Assembly (NCBI RefSeq): GCF_037042905.1
Contig: NC_087245.1
Span: 35,466,001 to 35,530,000, forward strand
Length of the DNA: 64,000 bases
Reading direction: 5' to 3'
Source: Lytechinus pictus
Taxonomy: Eukaryota
Of the stretch, positions 52,314 to 64,000 are shown one piece after another. Both the position numbers and the translations under genes were made by a program. The number at the start of each line of letters is the position of its first letter. The stretch's first letter is position 1. The notes under the pieces are model-generated. The model was not told the origin of the DNA. It searched no databases and was given only the letters and a program-made list of their open reading frames with translations.

Positions 52314-55300
52314 TACAACTTGTTTATGTTTTATGCTTCTCCTGTTTTGATAAATTTTTAAATGGCTGATACAAATAACTCATCTGTCAAATTTTATGAT
52401 AATGATTCATCTGATAGAGAATCCAGTGACTTTATTACCTCTTCAGCCTCATATGATAGTAATTTTGCAGATAACTTTAATCTATCATCTGAGGAGTTTA
52501 ATTATGCCAATGATTCTAATCAATGTTCACTTCCAATTCCCTCCTCGAAATATATAACCCAATTACAATTAAAAGAAGTAACAATTTTTTTTTTCTAAAA
52601 ACTCATTTTCCTTACTGCATATGAACATCAGAAGCATAAGTAAACATTTTGAAGACCTTCAGATTCTTTTAGACAACCATAATAAACATTCTTTTTCAGT
52701 TATTGGCTTGACCGAAACTTGGCTTACAACTGACACAAATTTACCTTATGCATTAAATGGATATGATTTTATTGTTAATAACAGATTAAAAAAAGTCGGG
52801 TGGGGGCGTAGCACTTTATCTTTCCAATAATTTTGAATTCACTGCCCTAAACGATCTTAATTTTATGAATGAATTTATTGAGTCATTATTTGTTGAAATT
52901 TCTATTCCTCATAGCAAAAATATAATAGTTGGAATTATTTATAGACCCCCAAACTCAAATAATAATGATTTCTTTCAATTTATAACATCTATTCTGAGTA
53001 ATGTTAATTTTATTAACAAAGATGTATTTGTAATGGGCGATTTTAATATCGATCTATTAAAACATGCTAGTAACAATTTCTCACATGACTTTCTTGAAAC
53101 ACTTTACTCAGCCTCGTTCTTGCCATTAATTTCTAAACCTACGCGTGTTAGCAATCACTCAGCCACTCTCCTTGACAATATTCTGTGTAACTCATTACCA
53201 CCCCCAGAATCCTTAATAGTCCTTTCTGATATTACTGATCATTATCCAATTATGTCATTTTTTAATCTTAATTGTTCCTTAAATAAAGTATATCCCTTAC
53301 CAGCAAGACGTAGGGCCACCCCAGAAAACTTAGCTAGTCTTGGTGTCAGTTTAGATAGAGTTGATTGGTCTAGTGTTTATAACACTGACGATTTCGATCT
53401 ATCCTTAGGCAATTTTTTAAGTATATTTAAAAAACATCTAGATGATCATATTCCTAAAAAGAATGATAATCGAGTTGATGATAAAACATCACCCAGACTT
53501 CCATGGATTTCTAACTCCCTCTTGCGCTCAATTAATAAAAAAAACCGACTGTACTATAAATTCAAAATAAAAAAGAATGAACATTCAAAAATTAAGTATA
53601 CTTCTTATAAAAATACATTAATAAAAATCTTGCGTGCAGAAAAAAAGAAATATTACTCAATTCAATTAGAACAATATAAACATGACATGAAAAACACATG
53701 GAAAGTTATTAAGCAAGCCCTGAATATTTCAAAAAAGAAATCAAATATTACTAAAATAAGATTTAATAATCGGAATATTGAAGATCCCACAGAAATCGCC
53801 GATGTTTTAAATTCATACTTTTCTACCATAGGGGAAAATCTGGCACAAAAAATTCCACAATCTAATAAGCATTTTTCTAAATTCTTGGGACAACCTAATG
53901 CCAATTCCATTTTCTTCTATCCGACTGCTATTTATGAAGTGACCGATATTGTTTCCTCCTTAAATAATAAACACAGTGCTGGTCATGATGACACAAGTAA
54001 TTTTATATTAAAAGGTACCATTTCGTCTATTGTTGAGCCCTTGACACATATATTAAATAAATCTATTTTAAGTGGTATTTTTCCTAAGCAAATGAAAATT
54101 GCGAAAGTTATTCCCTTATTTAAAAAGGGAAACGAGCTTGATTATACCGTCCTATATCTTTACTCTCTTCTCTTTCTAAGATTTTAGAAAGATTAATTTT
54201 TATTAGAACAACTAAATTTCTTAAAGTCAATGATATATTTACTAACTTTCAATTTGGTTTTAGACAAAAACATAGCACTATCCACGCTCTTTTAAATTTT
54301 GTGCATAAAGTAGCCCATTCTTTGGATGATCATTCGCATCTAATTGGTATATTCCTGGACTTCTCCAAGGCATTCGACACTATTAACCATGACATTTTAC
54401 TTTACAAACTTTATCATTATGGAATACGTGGAATTGCCTTGGAGTGGTTCAGGAATTACCTTAAAGAAAGAAAACAATATGTTTATTTAAATAATCACAT
54501 CTCTGATCAACATGACATTAATTGTGGTGTCCCACAAGGTAGTATATTAGGGCCTCTTTTATTAATTATTTACATTAACGATTTTCACAGATCATCTGAC
54601 ATTCTTTCGTTTATTCTTTTTGCAGATGATTCCAATGTATTTTTTGCTCACAAAAACCCTCACACCCTAGTTCAGATTATGAATTTGGAATTGCTAAATT
54701 TGACTCAATGGATACGTGCCAATAAACTATCTCTTAATTCAAACAAAACCAAATATATGATATTTAGTAATTCTATTGAATCTTTACTTTCTGACATCAT
54801 CTTTGATGATACACCTTTACAATGTGTTTCCCAAATTAAATTTTTAGGAATTATAGTTGATAATAAACTTTCTTGGAAACCCCACGTTCTTAATGTGAGC
54901 AAAATATTATCTCGTAATATTGGTGTAATTAATACGTTAAAACACTCTTTTCCTTCCGTCACATTACTCATGTTATACTCCTCTTTGATTTTACCTTACC
55001 TTAATTATGGAATATTAGCTTGGGGTAATACCCACAATTCTTTATTGGACAAAATATTAATTTTACAAAAGAAAACACTCCGAATTATATGTAATGCACC
55101 ATTTCGTTCTCATACAGATCCATTGTTTCTGAAACATAAAATCATGAAAATAAAAAATGTATATTTGTTTCAATTAGGTCAATTCATGTTTAAATATAAA
55201 AATAATTCGTGGCCACGCATATTTGATTCCATGTTTCCCCGAAACCAATCCCTCCATAACTATCCCACCAGGCAGTCAAATGAATATCACTTGCCCCTTC

Positions 55301-56202
55301 TTAGAACGCTTCTAGCACAAAATACTTACTTATATACAGGTCCAAGATTTTGGAATTCCCTTGACGATGAGATTAAAGACGCCCGTTCTTTACTGTCCTT
55401 TAAAAACAAACTAAAACTTATGCTCCTAAAGTCTTAATGAATTATGTTTATTATTCTAAACTAAAATTTTGCCTTATTGCTAGTCTATTATCTATGTTTA
55501 TACAAAACATGACATATTTTTTCCAATTAGACATACAAAAGTTATAGCTTGTCTATACATTATAATCTACTTTTTATATTGTATATGTGTTCGTGTGTAT
55601 GTCCGTATGTATGTGTGTGTGTACGTGTGCGTGTGTATGTGTGTATATGTATATGTACATGATGTGTATGTATGTGTAGACATAATATATATGCAGCAGA
55701 TTAGCTTTGCATCCTTCTCCCTATCTCTATTTTTCTTTCTATATTCTAGGCAGTTGTCATCGTACTATTGTCCACCCTCATGTACCGTCCTGTGTTGTGT
55801 TGTGTCGTGTATTGTCTTTTGTCTCTGAATTTCACAATCCTGTATATAAGATTTTTTTTGCCCCTTTCGTTATCTTCATGTATTCCTTTACGTATATTTC
55901 AATATTTTTTCTATCCTAACTTTTTGAGGAGTTCACATTTTACAAGCTTTGCTTTTCAGTGGACCCCTCCATTCTTCTCATGATATATGATTATATTGAT
56001 TTTATTATATTTAATTATATTGATTATATTGATTTAAATTTGACATGCATGTTAATTTATATTTGAATCACTAATTGAATATGTATATTATTTATTCAAT
56101 GTTGAATTTTGTTCATGCTTTTATTTGAATTGAATTGATTTATCATGTAATTATTTGTATTATATTGAAGAATGAAAATAAATTGAATTGAATTGAATTG
56201 AA
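52314..56202 (+). mobile_element. CR1/L2-group LINE: near full-length APE+RT ORF2 (52362-55437) with frameshifts, 3' UTR and (TTGAA)n tail
   Basis: APE motifs NIRS, GLTETWL, IYRPP, GDFN, LDNI, TDHYP; RT motifs YRPISLL, QFGFR, FLDFSKAFD, GVPQGSILGP, FADD; frameshifts near 52590, 52800 and 54140; AATAAA then (TTGAA)4. Confidence 0.95.
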
Positions 56203-56715
56203 TTCAATATAGCAACAGTGCTGACTTTGAAAACAGCTATTGAATAATTATTCACACAAAAAACACTGATATGATAATAAATACTGTCCATTGACCCAAC
56301 ATGACCTTTGACCATAAACATGCGACTTAAAACGTGTGCAAAACATACTTGATAATCCTTATGTCTATGTTCCATGAACTCTGTAAGTAAATCCATAAAC
56401 TTTCTAAGTCATGATGCCAATTATACAAATACTCACAACATGGCCAAAGTTCATTGACCTTGAATGACCTTTGATCTTGGTCAGGTGACCTGAAACACAC
56501 ACAAGATATTCAGGGATACATGGTTACCCTTATTTCAAAGTTTCCTGAACTAGATCCATAAACTTTTTAAGTTATGATGACAATTCCACAAATACCCCCA
56601 ACATTATCAAAGTTTGTTGACCCAAAATGACCTTTGACCTTGGTCATGTGACCTGAAACTTAGGCATGATCTTCAGTGATACATTATTACCCTTACGTCT
56701 CAGTTTCATGAATTA

Positions 56716-57665
56716 GAGTGGGGGTAAATAAGGCCACCTGGTAGTTTTTAGCTCGCTGCTCGAGAATGGTAGGGTCAAATCGGTTACTGTTCGTGTAGTA
56801 TTTGAGACAGTTCCTTAGCACAGATTTTGAGCATATAGAGAACGTCTCACAGCTCAGTGCACATGACCAGGAGGAGCACAAACCCAGCAGCACCTCAAAA
56901 TCAACATTTTGAAAGTAGCATTGCCACTTTAGAGAGCCGAGTACTGTACCTGCCCAAAAATGTGTATTAACCTTTATCTTAGTTTACTTGTGTAAGGTAT
57001 TATTGTGCATGCCAAAACTGTAGTAAATTTCACCATTTCCCCTCCTTTTTTCTGACTGGATGCTTATGAACTCGACATATCCGAAGGGCAAATGAGGCCC
57101 CCGGATTAAAACATAATTAGCACCGGTTACATCTGATGAAGCAGTAAAATGCAGTGTAGACATCTCCATACCTGTTTAAGTACACCAAAAGTGTTCATTC
57201 TCAATAGAACATGTAGAAACATGATACTTCAGTGTAACTTTGACAGTTGAAAACACAATCCAACAATGATATTTTTCATCATATTGGATAAGATAAAATA
57301 AATGAATCCTTAAATGGGGATTTTAGGAGAATGATTAAAACCTAATCCTGTGATCGTTACTAGTAAATGTTCGGTGATTGTATCAAACCAACTGAACTAT
57401 TTTTTACTTCGAATATTATATAGCGACACAAAGTAGTTTTAAATCAAGGGGCCTTATTTGCCCCACTTCAATGGGGGCAAAGAAGGCCACAACAATGTTT
57501 AATGCTCATTAATATGCAAATGGATTGATTATATAGTTCTCATATTTCTAGTGCCACAATGTAGGTCTACTGTAGACCTAATATTAGACATCTAATCACA
57601 TTTCTGCGGGTATGCATTAACAAGATATTAATGTAATTATGAAAAAAGGTGGCCTTGTCCCACTC
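56716..57665. mobile_element. Unclassified DNA element with GAG...CTC termini
   Basis: Imperfect TIRs gagtgggggtaaataaggccacc/ggtggccttgtcccactc; interrupts a tandem unit of the Helentron-like element. Confidence 0.65.
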
Positions 57666-57868
57666 TCCCTATACTTTGTAAGTTATGACATTTAAAAAAC
57701 TTAACCTTGGTTAAGATTTCGATATCGATTCCCCCAACATGGTCTAAGTTCATTGACCCTAAATGTTCTTTGACCTTGGTCATGTGACCTGAAACTCAGG
57801 TAGCCTAGCTGTTCAGTAATACTGTATTACCCTTATATGTCAGTTTCCATGAATTAAGTCCATATATA

Positions 57869-58112
57869 CTTTTTGTCTCACCTGCATAGCAGAGTGAGAC
57901 TATACATGCTATAGGCGCCACTTTTCCGACAGCGGCGGCGGCGTCAACACCAAATCTTAACCAAAGGTTAAGTTTTTGAAATGACAGCATAACTTTGAAA
58001 GTATATGGACCTAGTTTAAACTTAGACATAAGATTAATCAAGTATTACTGAACATCCTGCTTGAGTTTCAGGTCACATGACCATGGTCAAAGGTCATTTA
58101 GGGTCAATGAAC
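57869..58112 (+). mobile_element. Partial Helentron/DINE-1-like copy 4, opposite orientation
   Basis: tttttgtctcacctgcatagcagagtgagac...ggcggcggcgtcaac is the reverse complement of the ends of copies 1 and 2. Confidence 0.8.
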
Positions 58113-58698
58113 TCTCAAAAGACTGTTGAACTTTACAGCAATATTCATATGATATCATCATATGAATAATGCTGAAAAGTTCATTATTATTGAAGGAGAA
58201 ATAAGATTGAATATGAAATTATATATATATATTTTTTATTTTTACAAAACAGATCAATGCACAATACATGTATCGAAACATGACAGGCGACGATGCCACA
58301 GTTTAATATTTACTCTGTATTTCACAGTACCCATTATAGAATCAAATGTTTTTCCCCAAAGCTTTTTTTTTAAGACTAGCCAAACGTGTTTAGGGTATGT
58401 TTTTTTCCCCAAGCTTTTTCCCTGAGGTCATATTTTGGCGACAACTTGTTTAGGGGCCAAAATGTGTAAATAAAGCCCGCGAAAAACTTGTTTAGGGGGT
58501 CATTTTGCACACAGAGAAAAACTCGTTTGGGGGGTGTTTGGAAATTCCTTGGTCACGCTTGTGTAAAGCAATATATTTACCCCCCCCCCCCGGATAGGAA
58601 CATTAATTCCTGCCAATTTATTTTGCTAAATGACTCAATATAGACAAAATATGGTATTTTTAATGAGAAGCTATTTGATTGTGGTTTAGTTGACGCAT

Positions 58699-59539
58699 TT
58701 AATCCGGGCAAGCGATTGTCAGTATTTGGTTGGCCAAGTTTGAAAGGTGAGGTTCCGGAGGATGTGTATTAGCAAGGGCAAGTTGTCCTTTGCTCATATC
58801 CCATGCATCAAGAAAATGAAACTCTGGATAAGATTTGAGGATACGTCTCAGAGCTTCTTCATTGTCTCGTGCGTAGTGATCATTTAAGTACTGTGTTCTA
58901 GCACCGTAGTTATTCTGGGTATTTCCACCTTTAAACATGACAATTGCCTTTGGGTTTCTGTTGAGTAGCCTCCTTGCAGCTTTGGCGATGGCTGTTATCC
59001 GCTGCTCATAAAAGGATTTATACAGCGGTTGAAAATGGGACCAAAGGCAGATGACAACGATGGCCTTCTCGTTAGACCTTATGCTATCAAGTTCTTTGGT
59101 GACGAATTGAAGCCTTTCCAACTTATGCCATTGAAAGTTTCGAATTGGAATATGATGAAAATTGTAAACTAAGTGTATGTCGTGTTGAGCAATGTGGGTT
59201 TCATCCCTATCCACCCAATGGCCTTCTCTGTGGGTACCGACTAAAAAATGAGTCACTTTAGTATACACCTGTCTGATTGTCGAATCACCAAAGAGGTAGA
59301 AATGTTTTCCAGTCATACACTTAATGCACCAATCTTTGTCCAGAAAGATAGGACTGACTTTGCAAAGTGGTGGAAACCATCGACCATTCTGATAGAATCC
59401 CGCCACCCAAGGTACATCTTGAAAGCGGTCATGCTGCTGGCCACATGATGGTAGACGTGCAATTCGTTCTTTAAGCAAAGTTTCCGATTGGCTGGTCACC
59501 GTCACGTGACTAGGAAGACCCGTGATGGGAGCAAAAAGT
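58699..59539 (-). CDS. NXPE family protein (neurexophilin and PC-esterase domain), terminal exon
   Basis: AG acceptor 59540-59541; AGFYQNGRW..LC, C..GKHFYLFGDSTIRQ, LWSHF, FLDAWDM, THPP, C-terminal ACPD; matches NXPE C-terminal architecture as I know it. Confidence 0.88.
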
Positions 59540-59953
59540 CTATGAAGAGAAAAGGATAAAAAAAATGAGAGTGAATTCTCAGAGAAGCTTAATTGTCATC
59601 ATGTCGCAAACAGATATTTCACCAAATTTAATGAACACAAACCTGACATTTTCTCCTCCCGGCTCATACATGTATTCCAATTTTGTCACCGGCTTGACAA
59701 AAAATGACTTTTCTCTAAAGCTGAACTTGATGGTTTGGGATAAATAAAATAGCATTATAGAGGCAATACATGCGCTCTTTATAAGTGGAATTATTGTGTA
59801 TTCATTATTTCATTGCTGGGAGTTGAAAAACACATGCCATTAAACTCTGTATACATACACGGCTGTGGGTACCAATATCAAGGAGTTACTAACATTGGTT
59901 GTATAGTTGCTGATTCGTTTAGCCGTTTTAGAGTAACATTAGAGAGTTTTCGC

Positions 59954-60240
59954 AATCACGACGCGGCCGCTCTCTACAACCAATATTCATTTGAAAATAC
60001 AAGTCATATCAAAATGGAGAGCCGAGAGGGTTTTGTCAAAAGTTGGTGGACTGGGACAGCAGATCATCCGATGGATTGCACCAGACGAACAATTGCAAAG
60101 ATGTCGTTGTCCAGAGTCAAGAGACTCCGATGCTGTCCCGGTCCACCAAGTTTCGACAAAAGCCTCTCAGCTCTCCATTGTGATTTTACTTGCATTTTCA
60201 AAAGAATTGGTACGTTGTACAGAGCTGCCGCGTAGTGATC
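59954..60240. repeat. Old imperfect inverted repeat (MITE relic) in the NXPE intron
   Basis: ~105-bp arms 59954-60060 and 60131-60240. Confidence 0.7.
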
Positions 60241-60745
60241 ATGACTGTGATTGCGAACACCGTTATTCTTCAACCATATTCCGCCTTGCAATTTCGTTTT
60301 CCAATTCCACGTACTTATCACAGAGCACATTATTACTGGGTGCGTTTTAATTTCTACATAGGCGCTTAAACAAACGTGAGCAATACATGAAACGGGGCAT
60401 ATCATGAAAGTTGTCAGCAGCCAGCACTGACTAAATTGTCAGCGCTGACATTATCGGTTAAATCCTTAGATTTGATTGGGTCAGAAGCTCTGGCCTCTGA
60501 CTGTTACTATAGTAACTGTCGGAGAAAGACAACATGTCACTGCTGGTAACTTTCGTGATTAGAAATATTTTTGGATATTGTATAAAATCTGCCAAAATTA
60601 GATTTTGGCTTAACAGAACACCGCTAATGTTTTGATATCCTCGTACGCATTATTCTTCCCCTCAATATATACAGTATATATATTTTTTTATTCATTATGC
60701 CATTGTTATAGGCCTATACACTCCCAAGAAATGCCCAGAAATTAC

Positions 60746-60918
60746 CGAAGAACGACAGACGTCCTCTTGCTAAATCCTTGGTCCTCTATATTTTTGTTGA
60801 ACCGCCATTCCTGTGTTTTAAACTGGGTCCAATCTTCGCAAGAAAGCATATCCGATTTAGGTCGCTGACAGAACCATGTTAATCCCACACTAGGATCAGA
60901 TAAGTTACACTTGGAAAT
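60746..60918 (-). CDS. NXPE family protein, penultimate exon (ISKCNLSDPSVGLTWFCQRPKSDMLSCEDW...)
   Basis: AG/GT boundaries; 173 nt, phase 2 joins the terminal exon in frame; C..D...WFC..P...L.C pattern typical of NXPE. Confidence 0.85.
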
Positions 60919-61302
60919 CTGTATAGGCAAATATGGGATTAAGGAAAGGATGATGATGATGATGGTAGTGGTGGTGGTGGTGGCAACCGCGTAGCAAGGA
61001 TTTAATTTTGGAGGGGGCGGTTAGTGCACGCGAAGCGTGCCAACACTTACAAAGCGCGCGAAGCGCGCTCCCTAGAGGGAGTGTGCAGGGAGGGGGCAGT
61101 TCACCCCAGGGAGGGGGGAGTTCACCCCTCCCACGCGAATGCGACTACTTAGTTGTGCCACCTCTCGCATTAAGTCGTACAACATTGAACAACACTCACA
61201 CGATGATCGCCCGACCGATGGTACGATCTGATGCGAGTGAATCGGTCGTATTTGATCGCGTTTGAATGGACAACGGCACCTGAATGGAGGTCGAGTGGTC
61301 TA

Positions 61303-61750
61303 AGGCCCCTTTCATAATTGAGTACGACCAGTTTACGACCGTCTGCAACAGTTTTTTCTTTTAGTTGCACGATCGATCTCTTGGTGTCTTGCGGGCACTC
61401 GCAGTCGTTGTAGATGATCGCACGAATTCGAAGTGGTCGTGACTGGTCGCATCTGAACTTTGAACATGTTCAAAATCCAAACGCGATCAAATACGATCGA
61501 TTCACTCGCATCAGGTCGTACCATCGGTCGGGCGGTCATCGTGTGAGTGTTGTTCAACGTTGAACGTATGCGAGAGGTGGCACAACTATAAGTAGTCGCA
61601 TTTAGTCGACCGGAGGTCGTAGAACACTTGCACATGTGCTAGCGACCTACATAGACCAGTCTTACGACTTGGTGTGATAATATAGGCCATAAGACTGTTG
61701 CAAGACTGTCGCAACACGGCTTACAACATTGCACGCATGTATGCGACCGT
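61303..61750. mobile_element. PIF/Harbinger-like element, one end, rich in acgac/gtcgt motifs
   Basis: Begins taa|ggcccctttcataat within a SINE head; internal sequence is the reverse complement of ~44307-44435 plus 44640-44760. Confidence 0.6.
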
Positions 61751-62389
61751 TCCTCGGTGTTAGAAAATAGGAGTTAAGAATAAATAAAAGAAATGGCAGA
61801 AAATATAAGAAAAAATGTAACATACTGCACGAAATTAAAAGGGCAAGATAAGTTTATATTTTTGTCTTTTAAAACATAAATCAAACTTTTCCGAAATAAA
61901 ACCTAGAGAAAATAGGGTAAACATGTAAAGGGCATTCCTCCCTCAACAAATAGGCCCGCATACTGAATTCGGGTTTGATTAAGGATAGCTATAAATCTGT
62001 AATGGTGCAGGTTTAATTTATTAGCTCATTCAAACATCAGGATATGTACATACGCGCACCTAGCTCATTGCAGATTGGCTGACAGACCATTGGAAGCCCC
62101 AAGCTATGGCTGCTATATTAGTTTTGCTCTAAGTTCAAATTGGTATATACCTCACATAAATCACACGAACACTCGCACTTGTTTCATTCAAACGTACGAG
62201 CAATCGCATAATCTCACGTCGACTCTCACGACTATGCAATCACTCGTCCAACTATTGAGACTGATATCAAACCACTCGCAATCTTTCGTGCAACACTCGC
62301 ATGTGATCGCACGAGCACAATACGAGCATATGCGACTTACTCGTGTAACGGGGTTTACTGGTTGTTTTTGTTGTACGGCAGCTGTTGCG

Positions 62390-62782
62390 GTGACCCGACA
62401 ATTGCTCCGCCGACAATTGCTACGCAAAATAAGACAACTGCTCCGGACAATTGCTCCGCCGACAGTTGCTCCGCCGATATTTGCTCCGTCGACACTTGCT
62501 CCGCCGATATTTGCTCCGCCGATATTTGCTCCGCCGAAATCTGCTCCGCCGAAATTTGCTCCGCCGACATCTTCTCCGACTATACGACAATTGCTCCGCC
62601 GACATCTGCTCCGATTATACGACAAGTGCTCCGCGACAATTGGTCCGCCGAAAATTGCTCCGCGACAATTGCTCCACCGATATCTGTTCCGCCGACATTT
62701 GCTCCTTCAATATTTGCTCCGCCAACATCTGCTCCGCCGAAAATGGCTCCGGCGTAAATTGCTCCGATAATGCGACAATTGA
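62390..62782. repeat. 15-bp tandem array (ttgctccgccgacaa)n, probably the arm of a foldback-type transposon
   Basis: About 20 or more degenerate 15-mers; source of the APPIF/CSADI/LLRRY ORFs. Confidence 0.85.
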
Positions 62783-62904
62783 TTTATTTATTCGTACTTT
62801 CATGCGCATAACAATAATAGCACAGGCCGAAGGCGTCAATTTACAAATTTGTATATTATAATATATTGCAAAGTAAACTTAAACTATGCTTGCATGATAA
62901 TACA

Positions 62905-63074
62905 CAGGGGCCGCGGAACGGTTTTCAAAGTGGGACTCTGAGTCAAAAGTGGGGGGCTGACCATGCTAAAAATCACAATCATATGGTAATTTTTACGCTT
63001 TTGCACACGGTTTTGGAAAAAGTTTTTTTGGGGGAGGGGCTGAAGCCACCCAGTCCCCGGTTCCGCGGCCCCTG
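62905..63074. mobile_element. CAGG-terminated MITE with a 5-bp TSD, same family as 41195-41366
   Basis: TIRs caggggccgcggaacg/ggttccgcggcccctg; ataca on both flanks. Confidence 0.88.
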
Positions 63075-63919
63075 ATACATAACATAGAAAGAAATAGAAA
63101 AAAGGGATAAGCACAAAGGAGGGATAGATATTCTTAATTCTTATTCATGGGGGGGGGGGGGAGCATTTGTGTAAGTTTCATTACGCGCCTGGTGATTGAA
63201 ATGAAAAAAAAATACGCGTTTTCATGTAATTATTATGACAGTACAAACTTTTTTAGATATACCCCATTCTTAGCGTCAAAATCGCTCTGGCGATATATGC
63301 TCCGAAGTGGAGATATTTGCTCCAGGTGAAATTCAACGGTACCCCACCTTATTTGTCGAAAACCTGTACTGTAGTCACGCAAAATGTTTACTGTCGGCAA
63401 ATATTGTCCCACACAAACCTGACCAAGACATTCAGTAAGTAAACATTAATATTCATGAAAATACCAACTTGTGAAAGGCTATACTTCTCGGCACACCCCT
63501 CCACTCTGGTTTCCATATCCTATCGTATACACAGTGCTCTGGTCTCCACATCCACATCATGCAATATACACCGTAGAATTTTAGATAAATATGATAATAT
63601 ATAATAGTGAGTTGCTTTTGCGTTTTATGTTGATCATGATTGTTTTCTTCACTGATAGAAAAAAGGATAATTAAGTTTAAAAAAGATCCATAAATAAAAT
63701 CCATAAAAAATTATGGTCCGCCAATAGTCGAATTATATTCATTATGATGTTATAATGTAAGTAACAATTTGTTGTTGATGGGGAATATAATTTTACACGT
63801 AGTTTAAAAAATAAAACAAATCAATCAAACAAGATTTTTATACCTTCATCTGTATATGGCCGCCTATGTATTTTCCAAGAATGAACTTTATGAGAAGAAA
63901 ACGTGTGTTCATGTACTTA

Positions 63920-64000
63920 TTATCATTATCATTGTATCACCATTATCATCATCAGCATCATTATCCTCATCTTCATCATCATCATCGTCATCACCATCAC
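63920..64000. repeat. Degenerate (CAT)n microsatellite
   Basis: Direct inspection. Confidence 0.85.

Larger units (their letters stand above)
52270..57868 (-). mobile_element. Helentron/DINE-1-like copy 3, split by a LINE and a DNA element
   Basis: End segment at 52270-52313 resumes at ~56202 exactly as in copies 1 and 2; internal repeats at 56202-56715 and 57666-57868. Confidence 0.75.

Noticed and set aside
62075..62861. Pentapeptide-repeat-like ORFs (APPIF, GGANI, SAEQI)
   Set aside because: A 15-bp DNA repeat open in all frames; no coding evidence
63453..63704. Possible further NXPE exon (YCMMWMWRPEHCVY...)
   Set aside because: No clear AG acceptor or recognisable NXPE motif; cannot be supported without RNA data

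Overview
AT-rich, intron- and repeat-rich animal genomic DNA. The repeat landscape suggests an echinoderm or another marine invertebrate deuterostome (inference only). The main feature is a complete 16-exon minus-strand SDHA gene (succinate dehydrogenase flavoprotein subunit, CDS 36826->12178). I assembled it by hand: 2022 nt, 673 aa, all introns GT-AG with matching phases. The last two exons of a minus-strand NXPE-family (GDS...H, SGNH/PC-esterase-like) gene lie at 58699-60918; its 5' exons were not found. The rest is mostly transposable elements: a near full-length CR1/L2-group LINE ORF2, a decayed L1/Tx1 LINE, tRNA-derived SINEs, Helentron/DINE-1-like elements with internal tandem repeats, and many MITEs with readable TIRs and TSDs, often nested. 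There are also micro- and minisatellites. I found no convincing novel protein-coding system. The most interesting observations are transposon architectures and their possible effects on SDHA pre-mRNA. All family assignments rest on motifs recognised by eye, not database searches.
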